Origin: Eledone cirrhosa
Lineage: Eukaryota
Direction of reading: 5' to 3'
Length of the DNA: 64,000 nucleotides
Assembly (NCBI GenBank): GCA_964016885.1
Contig: OZ024743.1
Location: 281,046,001 to 281,110,000 of the forward strand
The translations under genes were made by a program, and so were the position numbers. This document shows, one piece after another, positions 1-23,212 of the stretch. Numbering within the stretch: the first letter of the stretch is position 1; each line of letters opens with the position of its first letter. The notes under the pieces were generated by a model. It was given only the letters and a program-made list of their open reading frames with translations, searched no databases and had not been told where the DNA came from.

Positions 1-408
1 ATAATTCCTATATAGGCTCTGTCAATTTATGGTAACTCGAGCGAAAGAAGGAAGCCTGAAAACACTTTTCCTGTTTCTCAATTCAAACTCTTTATTCATT
101 CTGCTATCTTTTCGTTATTTTTTTCGGTTGGAAACAAGTATGTAGGTGTTGTTAATGTTATTTGTGTTTGTGTTATGCAAATTTGCGTTGTTGGTTATTA
201 AATTGTGATTGTCTGTACGAGAGTGTATCATTTTATTTTATTGTCATTTTGTTTACTAGTTTTTATTCCTCTATTTTGCTCTTCACCTCGACAATGACTT
301 CTTCCGATGGACTTGTCTTGACCTTGTTACAGGGTGAGGTCTCTGATTACGATGGGATTCAGGTAGTGCCTTGTCTGTATTTGTATTTTGGTGGGCTTAT
401 GTGAGTAG

Positions 409-645
409 CTATTTTGGGACTGTGTTAGGGGTGACGAAGCTGTTTCTCTGAACTGTCGTTGCCTTCTCTGACAGCAATGCCAGCGCCCCCTCCATTGATC
501 TCTGTTGTGGACAGAAGGTACTCACGTAGTTAGTACTGCTTGGAAGATCCATTTGGTCCGGAACTTTTCCAAAGATGGGTAGTGTAAAGAATGGTATTGA
601 TGAGGTAAGCGGCTTGACTAGCCATAATCTCAGTTCATATGCCAT
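409..645 (-). mobile_element. Degraded non-LTR retrotransposon ORF1-like remnant (related to 34840-35370)
   Basis: Translation NYVSTFCPQQR resembles DYMSAFCPQQKR at ~34860. DNA ctgttgtggacagaaggtactcacgtagt matches ctgttgtgggcagaaagcactcatgtagt. Looks like a decayed gag-type zinc-knuckle end. Confidence 0.4.
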
Positions 646-1461
646 TTGTCACAGTTCAAGTTACCTAGCTTACGTCATTGATTATGGTTGTGTACTTTTT
701 CTTTTCTCGTCCCTATCGCTGTTTTTGTTGTTATTGTTGTTGTTGTTGTCGTTGCTGCTGCTGCTGATGCTGCTGCTGCTCTTGCTAGACGTGTTAAGGT
801 TGTTCATTTTGATGTTGTTGTTAATAATTTTGAGATCAGGCTGAGTGTTGCTATTTTGTCGCTGTTTGACATGTTATTGAATCTAAGAACGCCAATGTCT
901 CTCTACTGAGCGGAGCCTGTGGTAGCGGCGCTAGTAATGGTTCATAGTAGTAGTCTCAGCGATAGCTAAGAAAATGAGAAAGTCGTCGTTGATGAAAATG
1001 GCAAAGAAAAAGCTTTCGGTGGCAACCTCCACCTCCACACAGATTGAATCACTTCCTACTTATCGTTTGAATTCATTCCATGATTCCAGTAGCTATATCA
1101 ACATCCACTCAAAAGCTGTTTGGTTACTCCTATATGGCGTAACTATATTTATGATTTTCACATATTTATTGATAACTCTAACGCTAAAAATATACACTTT
1201 ATTTCAATTTCTATTTGCTAGGGTATGTGTGCATCTATTGAAGTGGTTGCTGTTATTGTTTTTAAAGTGATATTATGGTTGCTTTAGCCCCAGTTCTATA
1301 TTTTATTTTGCAGACCAATGATCAAAACGTTCTAGCTATGTAGTTGACATATCTAAGACTAGATTGGACAATATGTCCTTTTTATTTTAAAATAATAATG
1401 TAATAAACAGGAAGAGAGGATAAACGCAGGAATAGGAAGGAAGCAAATTCTACATTCCGGC

Positions 1462-1750
1462 TTAGCTCCACCCCGCGGATAAGATGGCGAAAGCATTGCC
1501 ACCGCGAACAGCCATTGACACTTGCTGCATCAGCCATACTACCTCACGGGGCTCGTTCCTCAAGAGGGATCCACTCCTCCCAATTTTGTGGAGGAAAACG
1601 ACAATCCAATGACCGAGAACACAGAAGGTCTCTACTGCGACCGACAGGAAACTGAAACAGTCAGCCAACTCCTGGAATTTGGAAGACTTTCCGCTCCTCT
1701 GTGTTAGAGGCTGCAGTGTCACAATTTCTGGTCGTAGCGACAAGACTGGA
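1462..1750 (-). mobile_element. CRE-like non-LTR retrotransposon 3' fragment (restriction-like endonuclease C-terminus)
   Basis: KFQEL..FSFLSVAVETFCVLG...FLHKIG.....EPRE..WLMQQVSMAVRGGNA.AIL matches the F.P.AVET.G..G / QR.S.A.QRGNA motif of CRE-clade RLE domains. Confidence 0.7.
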
Positions 1751-2699
1751 ACCTGAGAATGTCTCACAGCTTAATCCCCTTTGAGAAAAATGTGGCTATT
1801 ATATTACATTATATCTAGCTTGTTGAGTGACCACATACAGGCTTCCTGGTTGGTTCAGCAAGTAACCACTGTTACATAGATTTCTGTCTCAGTTCCAATC
1901 TACTATTAAAATATATTAGATCTAGTCCTTGATAGAGACGCATCTGTTAATAACCATAACATGGCGATTATTATCCCACTTCAACATATAAATATATACA
2001 TGCATGTATATATATTTTTTTTCTTTTAAAATCTCAAGTACAAATGACCATTTTAAAATACATTTACACTCGGTTTCATCGTCATGTAGCCAATCAAATC
2101 AGATTTCGTGGGAACGTGAAGCTAACGTCATTTCTCTAACTACTTATCCGTTGAGACATTTAAGGAAAAGGAAAAAAAATTAGTCACTTGAACGCTGTTA
2201 AAGTTTGTACATTGTCGCCATTAGCAGTTTTTGTAGTTGTGTTGTCTATCTTGTTTCCAGTGGTGTTTGTTTTTAATTTGTTATTGTTTTTGTTATTGTT
2301 GTTGTTACTGTTGATATTATAGTTGTTGTTCTCCGCCTAGTTTCCACCCAACTAAAAGTACAATTATCACAAATAAAACTAAAATTAAAAAGACAAAAAA
2401 AGCTATGAAGTGAGCTTAATTTCTAGAACTACATTTAATTTGTTCGTTGTATTATTAACAAAACGAAGAGATATGTCTAATCAAATAGAAAGTTGCACTT
2501 TACAGTCTCTTCTCATCTCTCTCTCTCCACACACACACACACATGCAGTACATATATATGTGTGTGTCTGTATTTGTATATTTATATACATGTGAGTATG
2601 TGTGTGCGTGCACGTTTATGTGGGTGTAATATATGTATGTATATTCAGTTATATATGCGTGTGTGTGTGTGTGTGTGTGTGTTTGTGCATATATATATA

Positions 2700-3715
<1,016 letters not shown>

Positions 3716-3804
3716 CCATTGTAACTATTTCAATAAACAAAGAATCATCCTTTAAACGCCGCCATTATCAGCCATTTTGTAATTTTCTAATCGTTCAAAA
3801 TTAG

Positions 3805-4650
3805 TATTTTTTTGTTTTACTTTTGTTTGTTTTTTGTTTGTTTTTTGTTTGTTTTTTGTTTGTTTTTTGTTTGTTTTTTGTTTCTCAGGCATTATATTTA
3901 TTATTGTTGTTATTGCTATTTTCGGGATTGTCATCATGATTATTATTATCGCCGTCGTTGTCACCATCATCATCATCATCATCATTATCATCATCATTAT
4001 TATCACCATAATCATCGCCATTATCCTCATCGTCTTCATCATCATCATCATCATCATCATATATTTATTTGCTTGTATCAGGTAATTGTTCTACAAATCA
4101 CTTATTCTGTTACTATGTCGTATTTCTTGGCGATAAATTAACTCTACATTTTAATATCATCAGCGTTTCGTGTTCTATCATCATCGTCAGCATCATCATC
4201 AGCAGCAGCAGCAACAATGTCACCATCGTGATTATATCATCATATCAGCGTCATTAAGATCATGATAGTCATCACCATCATTATCATATTTAACCATTAT
4301 CCACCACCGTCATAGCCACCATCCAATATCAGCATAATCATCGCCATCATCATCATCATCACTACCATCGCCGTCATGATCATGTCACCATCATTATCTT
4401 AGCCATCATCATATTCATCATCATACATCATTATCATCATCGCTATCATCATCATCATCATCGCTATCATTATCACCATCATCATCATCATCACCACCAT
4501 CATCCTTATCACCATAAGCAACATCATCCCCACATTATTATCATCCTTACCATCATCACATTGGGATCATCATGATCATCATGACTCATCAAGATCCACC
4601 AACCCCACACCCACCATCATCGTCATCATCATCGTTGTTATCCTCATCAA
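3805..4650. repeat. (TTTG)-type repeat followed by degenerate (ATC)n low-complexity region
   Basis: Directly visible. Confidence 0.9.
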
Positions 4651-4876
4651 TACTAGTGTGTACATATTCATATGTAACTTGACAGTACGACAAATAGAGA
4701 TCGATAAATTAGTACCAGATTGAAAAGTTACTGGAGGACGTTCTGCAGCATGGCTGTTGTTTAATGACAGAAAACAGTAAAATAATATGTGTGTGTATAT
4801 GCGTATGTTTGTGCGCATGCGCTTGTTTTATAGGTTTGTGTGCTTACATTAAACACGCTCAAAATATCCTTTTATG

Positions 4877-4964
<88 letters not shown>

Positions 4965-5189
4965 ATGTGTGTGTTTACATAGTTCAAGAAATATCAAGAC
5001 AAACACACACACATCTAAGGACTAGCGTCCAGAACGTTAGGACAATCTTCCTACTATTTTAAGCGTTAACCTAATATATTCCTTCCATATACTGTACCGA
5101 TTGTGTTGTTATTTCTGTTACCTTTTACACACACACGCGCGCGTGCGCGCGCAGACGCACACACACACTATATATATATATATATACAT

Positions 5190-5380
5190 GATGTAAGGTT
5201 TTTGATATATCCCACAAGGGTAAAAATATAGGGAAAAGAATTTGAAAACGCAATTGGAGCTTTTAAGAAGGTTTATTTACAATAATTTATAACTTTACCG
5301 GTTTCACAAGTTCAAAAGTTAAGAGAGATGGAGAGATGTGTGGCTATGGCGACTTGTAACTTCTATCTAACTGATGTTAG
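5190..5380 (-). mobile_element. Penelope-type pLTR remnant with decayed hammerhead
   Basis: Minus strand acaagt...acttgt stem followed by GAAA-CCGG-UA (5295-5365), next to (TA)n; the CUGANGA box is degenerate. Confidence 0.4.
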
Positions 5381-5959
5381 GGGAATTTCTTTCGGTTGGA
5401 ATTTCTTTCGGTTTTATGCAAAAAAAAATGTGGCTTAGATTGCAATATTTTTGAAGTGCAATTTAATAGGTTAAGGAACATCATGTGATTAGTCATCAAA
5501 TATTTTAGTTATTTCGCGCCAAAAATCAGGAGTGTCATGATTTTTATGCAGAAAAATGGCTCATGTCTATGTTATCATTGAAATTCTTGACCTTGTTGTT
5601 GCTGTCACTGTTTCTATTATTGTTACATGTTCATGGTGTTGTTGTTATCTCCCTCACTGATTCTCACTGAGACTTTGTTCTCAAAAATATAGAAGCCATG
5701 TTGAGCCGTTTTTACCAGCAATAGTGTATCGCGGGTTACACCATCCGGTGTGTATCTTTTTATTAAATGATTTTTGTGTCTCTGTGTATGTGTGTGTGTG
5801 GAAGGGGTGCGTGTGTGCGTGCGTATGTGTGTTTCTTTTTTTTTGTTTTAGGGCTTTTTACCATAGCCTTGGATCGATCTAATTTTTGTGATTGACATTG
5901 TGTTCCCAGAAACTGTAGAACTCTATTTGTAATCCAAAAGACTCAGTTTTGTATTCTTT

Positions 5960-6175
5960 TGGCCATTACCTAACATTCATGACCATAGGTAAAGGTAGGC
6001 ATTGAAACTGAATTGAAGAAAACAAATTTGGCTTTTACACCTACCTTTTGACAACCGAGTGCTGAAACTGGCCCATTACTACACAAGTCAAGCCCATGAC
6101 TTCCATCACTCATGAAAACGACCCCGAGATACTTGAACCTTTCCACATGCGTCAGAGTAATTGCCCTCACATGCA
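5960..6175 (-). mobile_element. RTE-clade LINE fragment
   Basis: VERFKYLGVVFMSDG and KAKFVFFNSVSMPTFTYGHEC motifs; DNA similar to 33660-33718. Confidence 0.75.
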
Positions 6176-6334
6176 TGCAGACTGCACAGAGGTAAACCAA
6201 CAGCAAGATGGTTGGATAACATCTATAAGAGCAGCTAGTTTGGCTTGGGAATTCAGTCGAATCATTTGGTGACGGTTGCTTCGGGAAAGCATGCTTGAGA
6301 TCTCTGCTTCCAAGATCTTTGCGGGAATAAGGGG

Positions 6335-6823
<489 letters not shown>

Positions 6824-6926
6824 CACATCTTCGAAACAGACGGAAATTCCTTTTAAAACATATATAGGTATGTATTTATGTATGCATGTGAATGTAGGTA
6901 CGTGTGAATTTTTCACTGTATATGCG

Positions 6927-6958
<32 letters not shown>

Positions 6959-7074
6959 AATATGTAAATATGTATGTATCTTTATATGCATGTATGTTTG
7001 TATGTATGGTATGCAAGTATGAATGTATTGTATGTATGTATATATGCACGTATGTAAGTATGTTGGTATATGTT

Positions 7075-7121
<47 letters not shown>

Positions 7122-7522
7122 TTCGGGAGGGTCATATTTGTGTAATATTGCCAGAATTAATAACAGAACACACTCACTGTTTGGTTGGTTTTCGCTTCTC
7201 GCTGTCTTTTATATCTGCGATCTAACTTAATCGGTCCTCAATGTTGCCATTGACTGACCGACGGTCAAAAATAATACAGATACAATATAGACACAAACAC
7301 ATATATATAGTTTACATAATTACATAAATCTTTCGTTGCACATCTGCGACATCGTCAGTGGTGTTATATTTTTTCCTCCTGTTGTGTTGTATATCTACGC
7401 CATTTTTTATTCAGTCTGTGTATATATTTATTTATTTATTTGCTTGTTTGTTTATTTTATTTTGTCTTCTTTGCGCATGCGTTTGCGTGTGTGTACAGTG
7501 TTGTGTGTGCTGTGTCCCCAGT

Positions 7523-7557
<35 letters not shown>

Positions 7558-7609
7558 AAGCATGCATGTAAGTGAAGTTATGCAGGTATATATAAATATA
7601 TATATTATA

Positions 7610-7694
<85 letters not shown>

Positions 7695-7712
7695 ATATAT
7701 ATGTTATGCAGG

Positions 7713-7744
<32 letters not shown>

Positions 7745-7903
7745 CATATATGATATGTATATATATATATAGAATAGAATGAAACGAAATTTCATTTCTC
7801 ACTCTTAGTACGACATTTACTTAAATGCAAGTGTGTATGTATGTATACGTACATACATATATGTATAGAGACGTACAGTAGTATGTATATATATACATAC
7901 ATG

Positions 7904-7958
<55 letters not shown>

Positions 7959-8080
7959 GTATCGGTTTACCGAACATTTATTATAATGCTAGGTTTGTTT
8001 GTTTGTAAACAAACAGCCCGAATTACGCCGTACAGTGTTTAGGCAACCACGTCACCTTTTTGTTCAACACTGACACAGGA

Positions 8081-8123
8081 ACGATGTACAAGTTTCAAGC
8101 TTATTAGCTATCGTCAGCATCGT
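8081..8123 (-). ncRNA. Minimal type-I hammerhead ribozyme (family A)
   Basis: Reverse complement: acgaug-CUGACGA-u-agcu-aaua-agcu-u-GAAA-cuug-UA-caucgu. Confidence 0.75.
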
Positions 8124-8713
8124 ATACCTTCCTGCCAGATGGTTGAACGTCTGAAAGTATATACTTTCCTTATGCATATTAACGGCTGAGCAGCCTAATT
8201 TGCATATCGAGTGAGTTCAGTCGGCCGGGCACACCCAAAACGATAAATGGAATAGAATGAAACGAAATTTCACTTCTCACTCTTAGTATGGCACTTACTT
8301 AAATGCAAGTATGTATGTATGTATACGTACATACATATATGTATGCAGACGTACAGTAGTATGTATATATATACATACATGCACACATATATATATATAT
8401 GCACGTATCGGTTTACCGAACATTTATTATAATGCTCGGTTTGTTTGTTTGTAAACAAATATATATGTGTGCATGTATGTAGATATATACATACTACTGT
8501 ACGTCTGTATACATACATACATACTTGCATTTAAGTAAGTGCCGTACTAAGAGTGGGAAATGAATGAAATTTCGTTTCGTTCTATTCCATTTATCGTTTT
8601 CGTTGTGCCCGGCCGACTAAACTCACTCGATATGCAAATTAGGCTGCTCAGCCGTTAATATTCATAAGGAAAGTATATACTTTCAGACGTTCAACCATCT
8701 GGCAGGAAGGTAT

Positions 8714-8756
8714 ACGATGCTGACGATAGCTAATAAGCTTGAAACTAGTACATCGT
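8714..8756 (+). ncRNA. Minimal type-I hammerhead ribozyme (family A)
   Basis: acgaug-CUGACGA-u-AGCU-aaua-AGCU-u-GAAA-CUAG-UA-caucgu: 6-bp stem I, 4-bp stem II, palindromic minimal stem III, GUA cleavage triplet. Confidence 0.85.
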
Positions 8757-9099
8757 TCCTGTGTCAGTGTTGAACAAAAAGGTGACGTGGTTGCCTAAAC
8801 ACTGTACGGCGTAATTCGGGCTGTTTGTTTGTTTACAAACAAACAAACCGAGCATTATAATAAATGTTCGGTAAACCGATACGTGCATATATATATATGT
8901 GTGCATGTATGTATATATATACATACTACTGTACGTCTCTATACATATATGTATGTACGTATACATACATACATACATACTTGCATATATATATATAAAA
9001 ATATATATATATATACGTGTATTGTATATGTGTGTTTATCCGTACGAATGGACATCTGTACTTATGAATTACGAATATAATGTTCATTATGCTCACACA

Positions 9100-9175
<76 letters not shown>

Positions 9176-9202
9176 GACATATATATATATATATATATAG
9201 AC

Positions 9203-9237
<35 letters not shown>

Positions 9238-9302
9238 CATATATATACATATACATATATATACATATACATATATATACATATACATATACATATATAT
9301 AC

Positions 9303-9379
<77 letters not shown>

Positions 9380-9471
9380 CATACATATATCTATATATAC
9401 ATACATATATATATATATATACATACATATATATATATACATACATATATATATATATACATACATATATA

Positions 9472-13980
<4,509 letters not shown>

Positions 13981-13998
13981 ATAAATATATAGATATAC

Positions 13999-14073
<75 letters not shown>

Positions 14074-14086
14074 CATATATATATAC

Positions 14087-16051
<1,965 letters not shown>

Positions 16052-16077
16052 ATATATATATATATATATATACATAC

Positions 16078-16129
<52 letters not shown>

Positions 16130-16131
<2 letters not shown>

Positions 16132-16365
16132 TTATATTGTTATAATTTGGGAGGGTCATGTTGCCAATAAGAAACACACGCACCAGCTGCATTCACTTCA
16201 ATTTATTATAAATAAAATTTATAAATTTAGGAATTTATAAATTTCTGGTTGGTTGGTTGGTTCCACAACCAGACGATTGTTCATATATTCTCAAAGTTCT
16301 TTCAATATCGGTTTCAACACACGTTTTCAGATAAAGAATCTTGCTAAACAAATTCAGAAACGAAA
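16130..16365 (-). mobile_element. Short pLTR-like insert between (TA)n tracts
   Basis: Minus strand CUGAAAA-cguguguu-GAAA-CCGA-UA, a hammerhead-like core at ~16304-16332. Confidence 0.35.
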
Positions 16366-16396
16366 TATATACATATACATATATATATATACATAC

Positions 16397-16469
<73 letters not shown>

Positions 16470-16470
16470 C

Positions 16471-16527
<57 letters not shown>

Positions 16528-16571
16528 CATACGTGTATATATATATATACATATATATATATATACATACG

Positions 16572-16603
<32 letters not shown>

Positions 16604-16609
16604 CATACG

Positions 16610-16641
<32 letters not shown>

Positions 16642-16647
16642 CATACG

Positions 16648-16687
<40 letters not shown>

Positions 16688-16752
16688 CACATACGTATAT
16701 ATATATATATATATATATACATATATATATACATATATATATATATATACAA

Positions 16753-16803
<51 letters not shown>

Positions 16804-16808
16804 CATAC

Positions 16809-16881
<73 letters not shown>

Positions 16882-16914
16882 CATATATATATATATACAT
16901 ATATATATACATAT

Positions 16915-16963
<49 letters not shown>

Positions 16964-16970
16964 TATATAC

Positions 16971-17017
<47 letters not shown>

Positions 17018-17028
17018 TATATACATAT

Positions 17029-17083
<55 letters not shown>

Positions 17084-17626
17084 ATATATAAAATGATTAT
17101 AAAGAAAATATTATTAAATCAAAAAAATTAATCATATAGAAAAAGTAAAAATAATAATGAATGAATAAATAGAAATAAGCGTAAAAGAGATTTTGATTCG
17201 GATGTAATATGTATCATCTTTTATCTATTGGAAGATTTTCATGAAAATCTATGTTACAATCGGTACATAGCCTGTGATTAACATAGTTTATATGAGGAGA
17301 TATAATAATGCCGAGGAAACGAGTTCTCATCCAATTAGCGACTAATGCTGTGTAAATTCTTGTAAATCGTATATATGAATGTATGTATGCATGTATACAC
17401 TCATCCGCATATATATATATATATATGTATATATATACATTTTTATATATATATATTTATATATATATATATTAATATATTTATATATATATATATATAT
17501 TAATATATTTATATATTATTTACATATATATATATATTGATATATTTGTGTGTGTTATATAGATTCGCACATCATATACATGCATTTACCTATAGACTTA
17601 TGTTTGTATGTGTGCGTGTGTTTACA

Positions 17627-17707
<81 letters not shown>

Positions 17708-17893
17708 TTAATTATACATAAGCATAAAATTATACAGAAATGTGTATAGATGTATACTTATAGAAATACATATAGAAATACATTTATTTCTACCACAAGC
17801 GTTACACACACTAACCCCTCTCCCCCTTATGTATATATATACATATATATATATATACGCATACATGTTTCTGTGTGTGTACGTATGTGTAAA

Positions 17894-17935
<42 letters not shown>

Positions 17936-17958
17936 ACTTTTTTAATGTATATAATATA

Positions 17959-17995
<37 letters not shown>

Positions 17996-18059
17996 CCTAT
18001 TTTTTAATGTATATAATGTTATAATATATTATTTATATATATATAGATACATACATATA

Positions 18060-18184
<125 letters not shown>

Positions 18185-18419
18185 GGGGGAGATGGTTGCA
18201 ATCATTCGTTCACACTCACACATACACACATACCTACACACACACATACACACAATGAAACAAGACATGTGACACGGTTAGCTAATCATTTTCCTTAAAT
18301 ACACTTTAACCAACTTGGAAATAATCTGGATAATTGGCGGGAATTACAGCTATTTTAGAGTTCTGTCGAAAAGCGCTATATAGTCTATATAGCCACATAC
18401 CATCAGCTTCAATCATCAT

Positions 18420-19000
18420 CTGCTCCACCACCAATGTTTTCTCCACCGTCACCACTATCTCTGCCAACACCCCCGCCATCTCTATCACAACAGCCATTAC
18501 CTCTACTGTCCTCCCCATCACCAATACTATCTCCACCGCCACTTCTGTCATCACTATGTACACCACCTATGCCACTATCTCCTCGACCACCATTACTACC
18601 CCACCACCTCCACCACTATTTCCACCACTATCTCCACCGCCATGACCACCATCACTATCTCCGCCATCATATGTATCTCTACCACCATCGCCACCATCAC
18701 TATCTCCACTATCACCCCCACCAATTACCACCACTATCTCCACCACCATCACTACCATCACCACCATCACTATCTCCACTATTACCCCCACCATTACCAC
18801 CAGTATCTCCACTGCCAGTTCTACCGTTGCTATCCGCACCACCATCACCACCACCACCACCACCACCACCACCACTTTCTCTACAACCATTACCATTAAT
18901 ATAATCATCACCACCATCTAGCAGCACCACTACCGCCATTTCCGCCATCGCTGCCTTCCCTACTGTTGCTACTACTACTAACTACCATCGCTGCTATATT
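18420..19000. repeat. Degenerate (CAC/CAT/ACT)n low-complexity region
   Basis: Directly visible. Confidence 0.9.
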
Positions 19001-19134
19001 CTATGACTATCTATAACTAATATCACTATGACGATTACTATTAACGTCACCACTGTGTGTTATAGTGTGCCTATGAGGTAACTTGTCTTGCAAGAAATAG
19101 CAACTATATATATCTTTAAATAATGATTTCTTAT

Positions 19135-19342
19135 ATAGGCACAAAGCCAGCAATTTTGGGGGAGGGGAAAGTCGATTAAATCGACCCCAATGCATGACTG
19201 GTACTTTATTTTATCGACCCCGTAAGGATGAAAGGCAAAGTTAACCTCGGCGGGATTTGAACTCAGATCATAAAGGGGCGTAACTCGGTGCTGCAAAGCA
19301 TGGCGTCCGACCCTCTACCGATACTGCCAATCCACCGCCCTT
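19135..19342 (-). mobile_element. tRNA-derived SINE
   Basis: Minus strand B-box-like gagttcaaatccc followed by ttgcctttcatcc..ggggtcgataaaataaagtacca. Further copies at ~20440-20625(+), 30365-30535, 35925-36050, 41765-41888, 59295-59390, 59462-59643. Confidence 0.85.
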
Positions 19343-20879
19343 ATATCTTTAAATAATAAACTCGCTACCGTATTCAAAAATCTACAAGTAAGAACACATT
19401 GAATTATGTTGTCCTAGATATATTATTTCTGAAATCAAAACAGCGAATCCAATCATTGATCAATCATTATTCATTATTGATCCATTATTTCTTATTATTG
19501 ATCAATCATCACCCATCACTCATCAATCATGATCTATCATTTATCATTATTCAGTCGTCAATCCTCCTTCCATATCGAAGAAGCGTGAAAACCTTCGCAA
19601 CCTCAAGAGAATTATGTGGCAACATTGCTAAATGTGCCTTAGTATCAGCTTCATACGTAGCCCTGTTACAAAATCATATAACTTCATTATAAAATTATTG
19701 TTGTATGAGTTAGAGAAGTAGCTTCCACCTGGCAATCCAACCTGTTAGAAATAGTAACGAAACCATTCGGAAAATCACAGTCGTACGGACTTATACGTAA
19801 ATGGAAATGACTCATTGGATAATGTAGTCTTAAGTACACAAAGGATGGAATGGTAACTGCCAGAACCACGTTGACTCTAGGTTTGTTCGGTTAATTCAAC
19901 TTGCTTCGTATTTAATGTCAATGGCAATGTTTTTTATGATCGAAAAATCTACAAGATATAACACGATCACTACGTGGACAGTGAAGTGAAGAATCCTTAG
20001 CGAGAGCACTCGGGCGATGGAGTTTTATATTTAAAACTGAAAGAAGTATATAAAAGAATAATGTAATTTTATCTAGATGTGAGATATTTTCATCTTTGAA
20101 CTCAACCGAAAGATTTTTTTATGGGTTACTACTGCGATCAGAAAAGAGGGGTACTCTGACTTGACTTAACTAGTGGGTGGGTAACCCTAAATGTTTTATA
20201 ATCTTGTATTAATTAATGTGTTTTATAATAATTTCATACATATTTCATGTTTTATAAATTTAATCCGTCTGTTATATAACGTTCCTACCCTCGTTGTTAT
20301 ATAACTTTGATTATCTAGCCCCACATGTATTGTAACTCTTGTGTGTATGTTTATTCTATTATACGTGCAAGCTCTGGTGGATAATAAAGAAATTATTTTT
20401 ATTATTATTACATGAATATCGTTTTCAATGGTGTTTCAGGAAACAAAACCTTTTGTCTATGTTACACGCCGAGTTCAATTCCCACCGAAGTTCACTTTTC
20501 GTTTCAAACTTCTAGGATCGATTAAAATCAGCTTCGTACATGTATAGGGGTCAATTATCTCTACTATTAATCTCACTGCCTTACAAAATACATGACCCCT
20601 TATATCAATGTGTCAGAAATTATGATTTCTGTTATCTTTTATTTATTTCATTTACGTGATTGAGTGCGTGCATGTCTCTGTGTGTGTGTATGTATAAAAT
20701 ATAGGTATATATGTATGTATGTATGTACGTATGAATGTATGTAGGTACGCATGTATGCATGTATGTATGTGTGTATGTAAGTGTTTCTACATGTCTTGTG
20801 TGTGTATTTCTACATGTCTTGTGTGTATGTATCTATGTAAGTGTGTATGTTTGTACGTATTTGAGTGTTTGCATATATT

Positions 20880-21135
20880 TTATGTGTACGTATGTGTACG
20901 TATGTGTACGTATGTGTACGTAGATGTACGTATGTGTACCTATGCGTACGTAGATGTACGTATGTGTACGTATGCGTACGTATGTGTACGTATGTGTACG
21001 TATGTGTACGTAGATGTACGTATGTGTACGTATGTGTACGTTTGTGTACGTATGTGTACGTATGTGTACGTATGTGTACGTATGTGTACGTATGTGTACG
21101 TATGTGTACGTATGTGTACGTATGTGTACGTATGA
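20880..21135. repeat. 10-bp minisatellite (TATGTGTACG)n, ~25 units
   Basis: Directly visible. Confidence 0.95.
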
Positions 21136-21274
21136 TGTTGTTACATCACAAATAATGTTTCGTTTTATTAGTGTAATTTTACTGTTGAAAGCTCATTGTA
21201 TTAAATTGTAATGTGTCTTTTGTGCCCTTGTAACAATTAAAGAAACAACTATTATGATTGCTGTTGTGCTTCCT

Positions 21275-21349
<75 letters not shown>

Positions 21350-21883
21350 TGATGTTGTAGCCCTCTTTACTGATTTCATAAACATTTTAAAACTTCATTA
21401 CGTTGTGTATATGTATATATATATATGTTTATATATATATATATATATGTGTGTGTGTATATATATACACATATACACAATGTGTATCTGTGTGTGAGTG
21501 TGTATGTGTGTGTATTTGTATGTAAGTGTGCGATGTTGTTTTGGTAGGTTTAATAGAATGTATCCTTCAAATAAGTTAGCCGTATTAATAAGACAATTTG
21601 CAATACTGCAATGTGGAAAAATACAAATTCACAAACTAAACGCAACACACGCGCACGCAAACATATACTTACATACATGCATACCTGTATATGTGTGTAT
21701 ATATATACATATATACATATATATATATATATATGTATGTATATATATATATATATATATATAGATATATATATATAGATATATTTACATATATATATAT
21801 ATATTTATATATATATATATATATGTATGTATATATATATAGATATATTTACATATATATATATATATTTATATATATATATG

Positions 21884-21921
<38 letters not shown>

Positions 21922-21956
21922 TATATTTACATATATATATATATATATTTATATAC

Positions 21957-22018
<62 letters not shown>

Positions 22019-22028
22019 TATATATGTA

Positions 22029-22125
<97 letters not shown>

Positions 22126-22280
22126 GCATATATATTACACATAGATATATATATGTATATATATGTGTGTGTGTGTATGTATATATATATATATATATAT
22201 ATACATTATATATGTATGTGTGTATATGTGTGTGTATATATATATATATATATATTTATACATACATACGCATATATATT

Positions 22281-22387
<107 letters not shown>

Positions 22388-22746
22388 CATATATATATAT
22401 ACAACCCCAGATACACGTATTCATAGAAGCAAACACTAACACTAGCAGACAAACAAATAATGCATTAAAAATAGTGGAAAGTATTCATTCAAGAGATTCT
22501 CAACAATAAAATAATGACTTTTCATCGCGCAATAATACATTGGACATTAATATAAGAGCTATAGAAATTGTATTATTTTATGATTACTATTGAAAATATA
22601 TGTTATTGTGTTCACCATAGAAATATTAAGCTATACGATCACCATGGAAACAGGATACCAAATATTTGATTTTTTGTTGGGTTTTTTCACTCATGTTGTA
22701 TGTGAACTACTTTCCATATATTAACCCGGAGGGCATTGTGATTGTA

Positions 22747-22801
22747 TGTGTGTGCGTGTGTATACGTAATGGAGTGAACGACTGAGGGTGTGAATAATGC
22801 T

Positions 22802-22845
<44 letters not shown>

Positions 22846-22905
22846 CATACATTATTCACACCCTCAGTCGTTCACTCCCTTACGTATACACACGCGCACA
22901 CACAC
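22747..22905. repeat. ~55-bp inverted repeat with central (TA)n
   Basis: tatacgtaatggagtgaacgactgagggtgtgaataatg is the inverse of cattattcacaccctcagtcgttcactcccttacgtata. Confidence 0.9.
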
Positions 22906-22915
22906 ACTCACACAC

Positions 22916-22990
<75 letters not shown>

Positions 22991-23162
22991 TGATATATGT
23001 GTCCAAAATAATTTTCAAAAATACCATGTGAGGGTGTGTGTGATAAAGAGTACGAAGGAATAAGGAACTAAATGAGGAGTAAATATTTATGTGTTTGTCC
23101 AAAACAATTTCTAAGAAATACCTGCAAGCATATGAGTGTGTATGTGTGTGCATTTCTTTGTC

Positions 23163-23212
<50 letters not shown>

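Larger units (their letters stand above)
7771..8987. mobile_element. Family A hammerhead-bearing foldback element, copy 1
   Basis: Left arm 7771-8459 has an internal direct repeat (gaatagaatgaaacg at 7772 and 8250). Right arm 8460-8987 is inverted. Flanked by (TA)n. Confidence 0.9.

Noticed and set aside
2085-2135. CCAAT and CRE-like motifs (also 58712-58730); octamer ATTTGCAT in family A
   Set aside because: Short motifs expected by chance; no linked transcription unit demonstrable.
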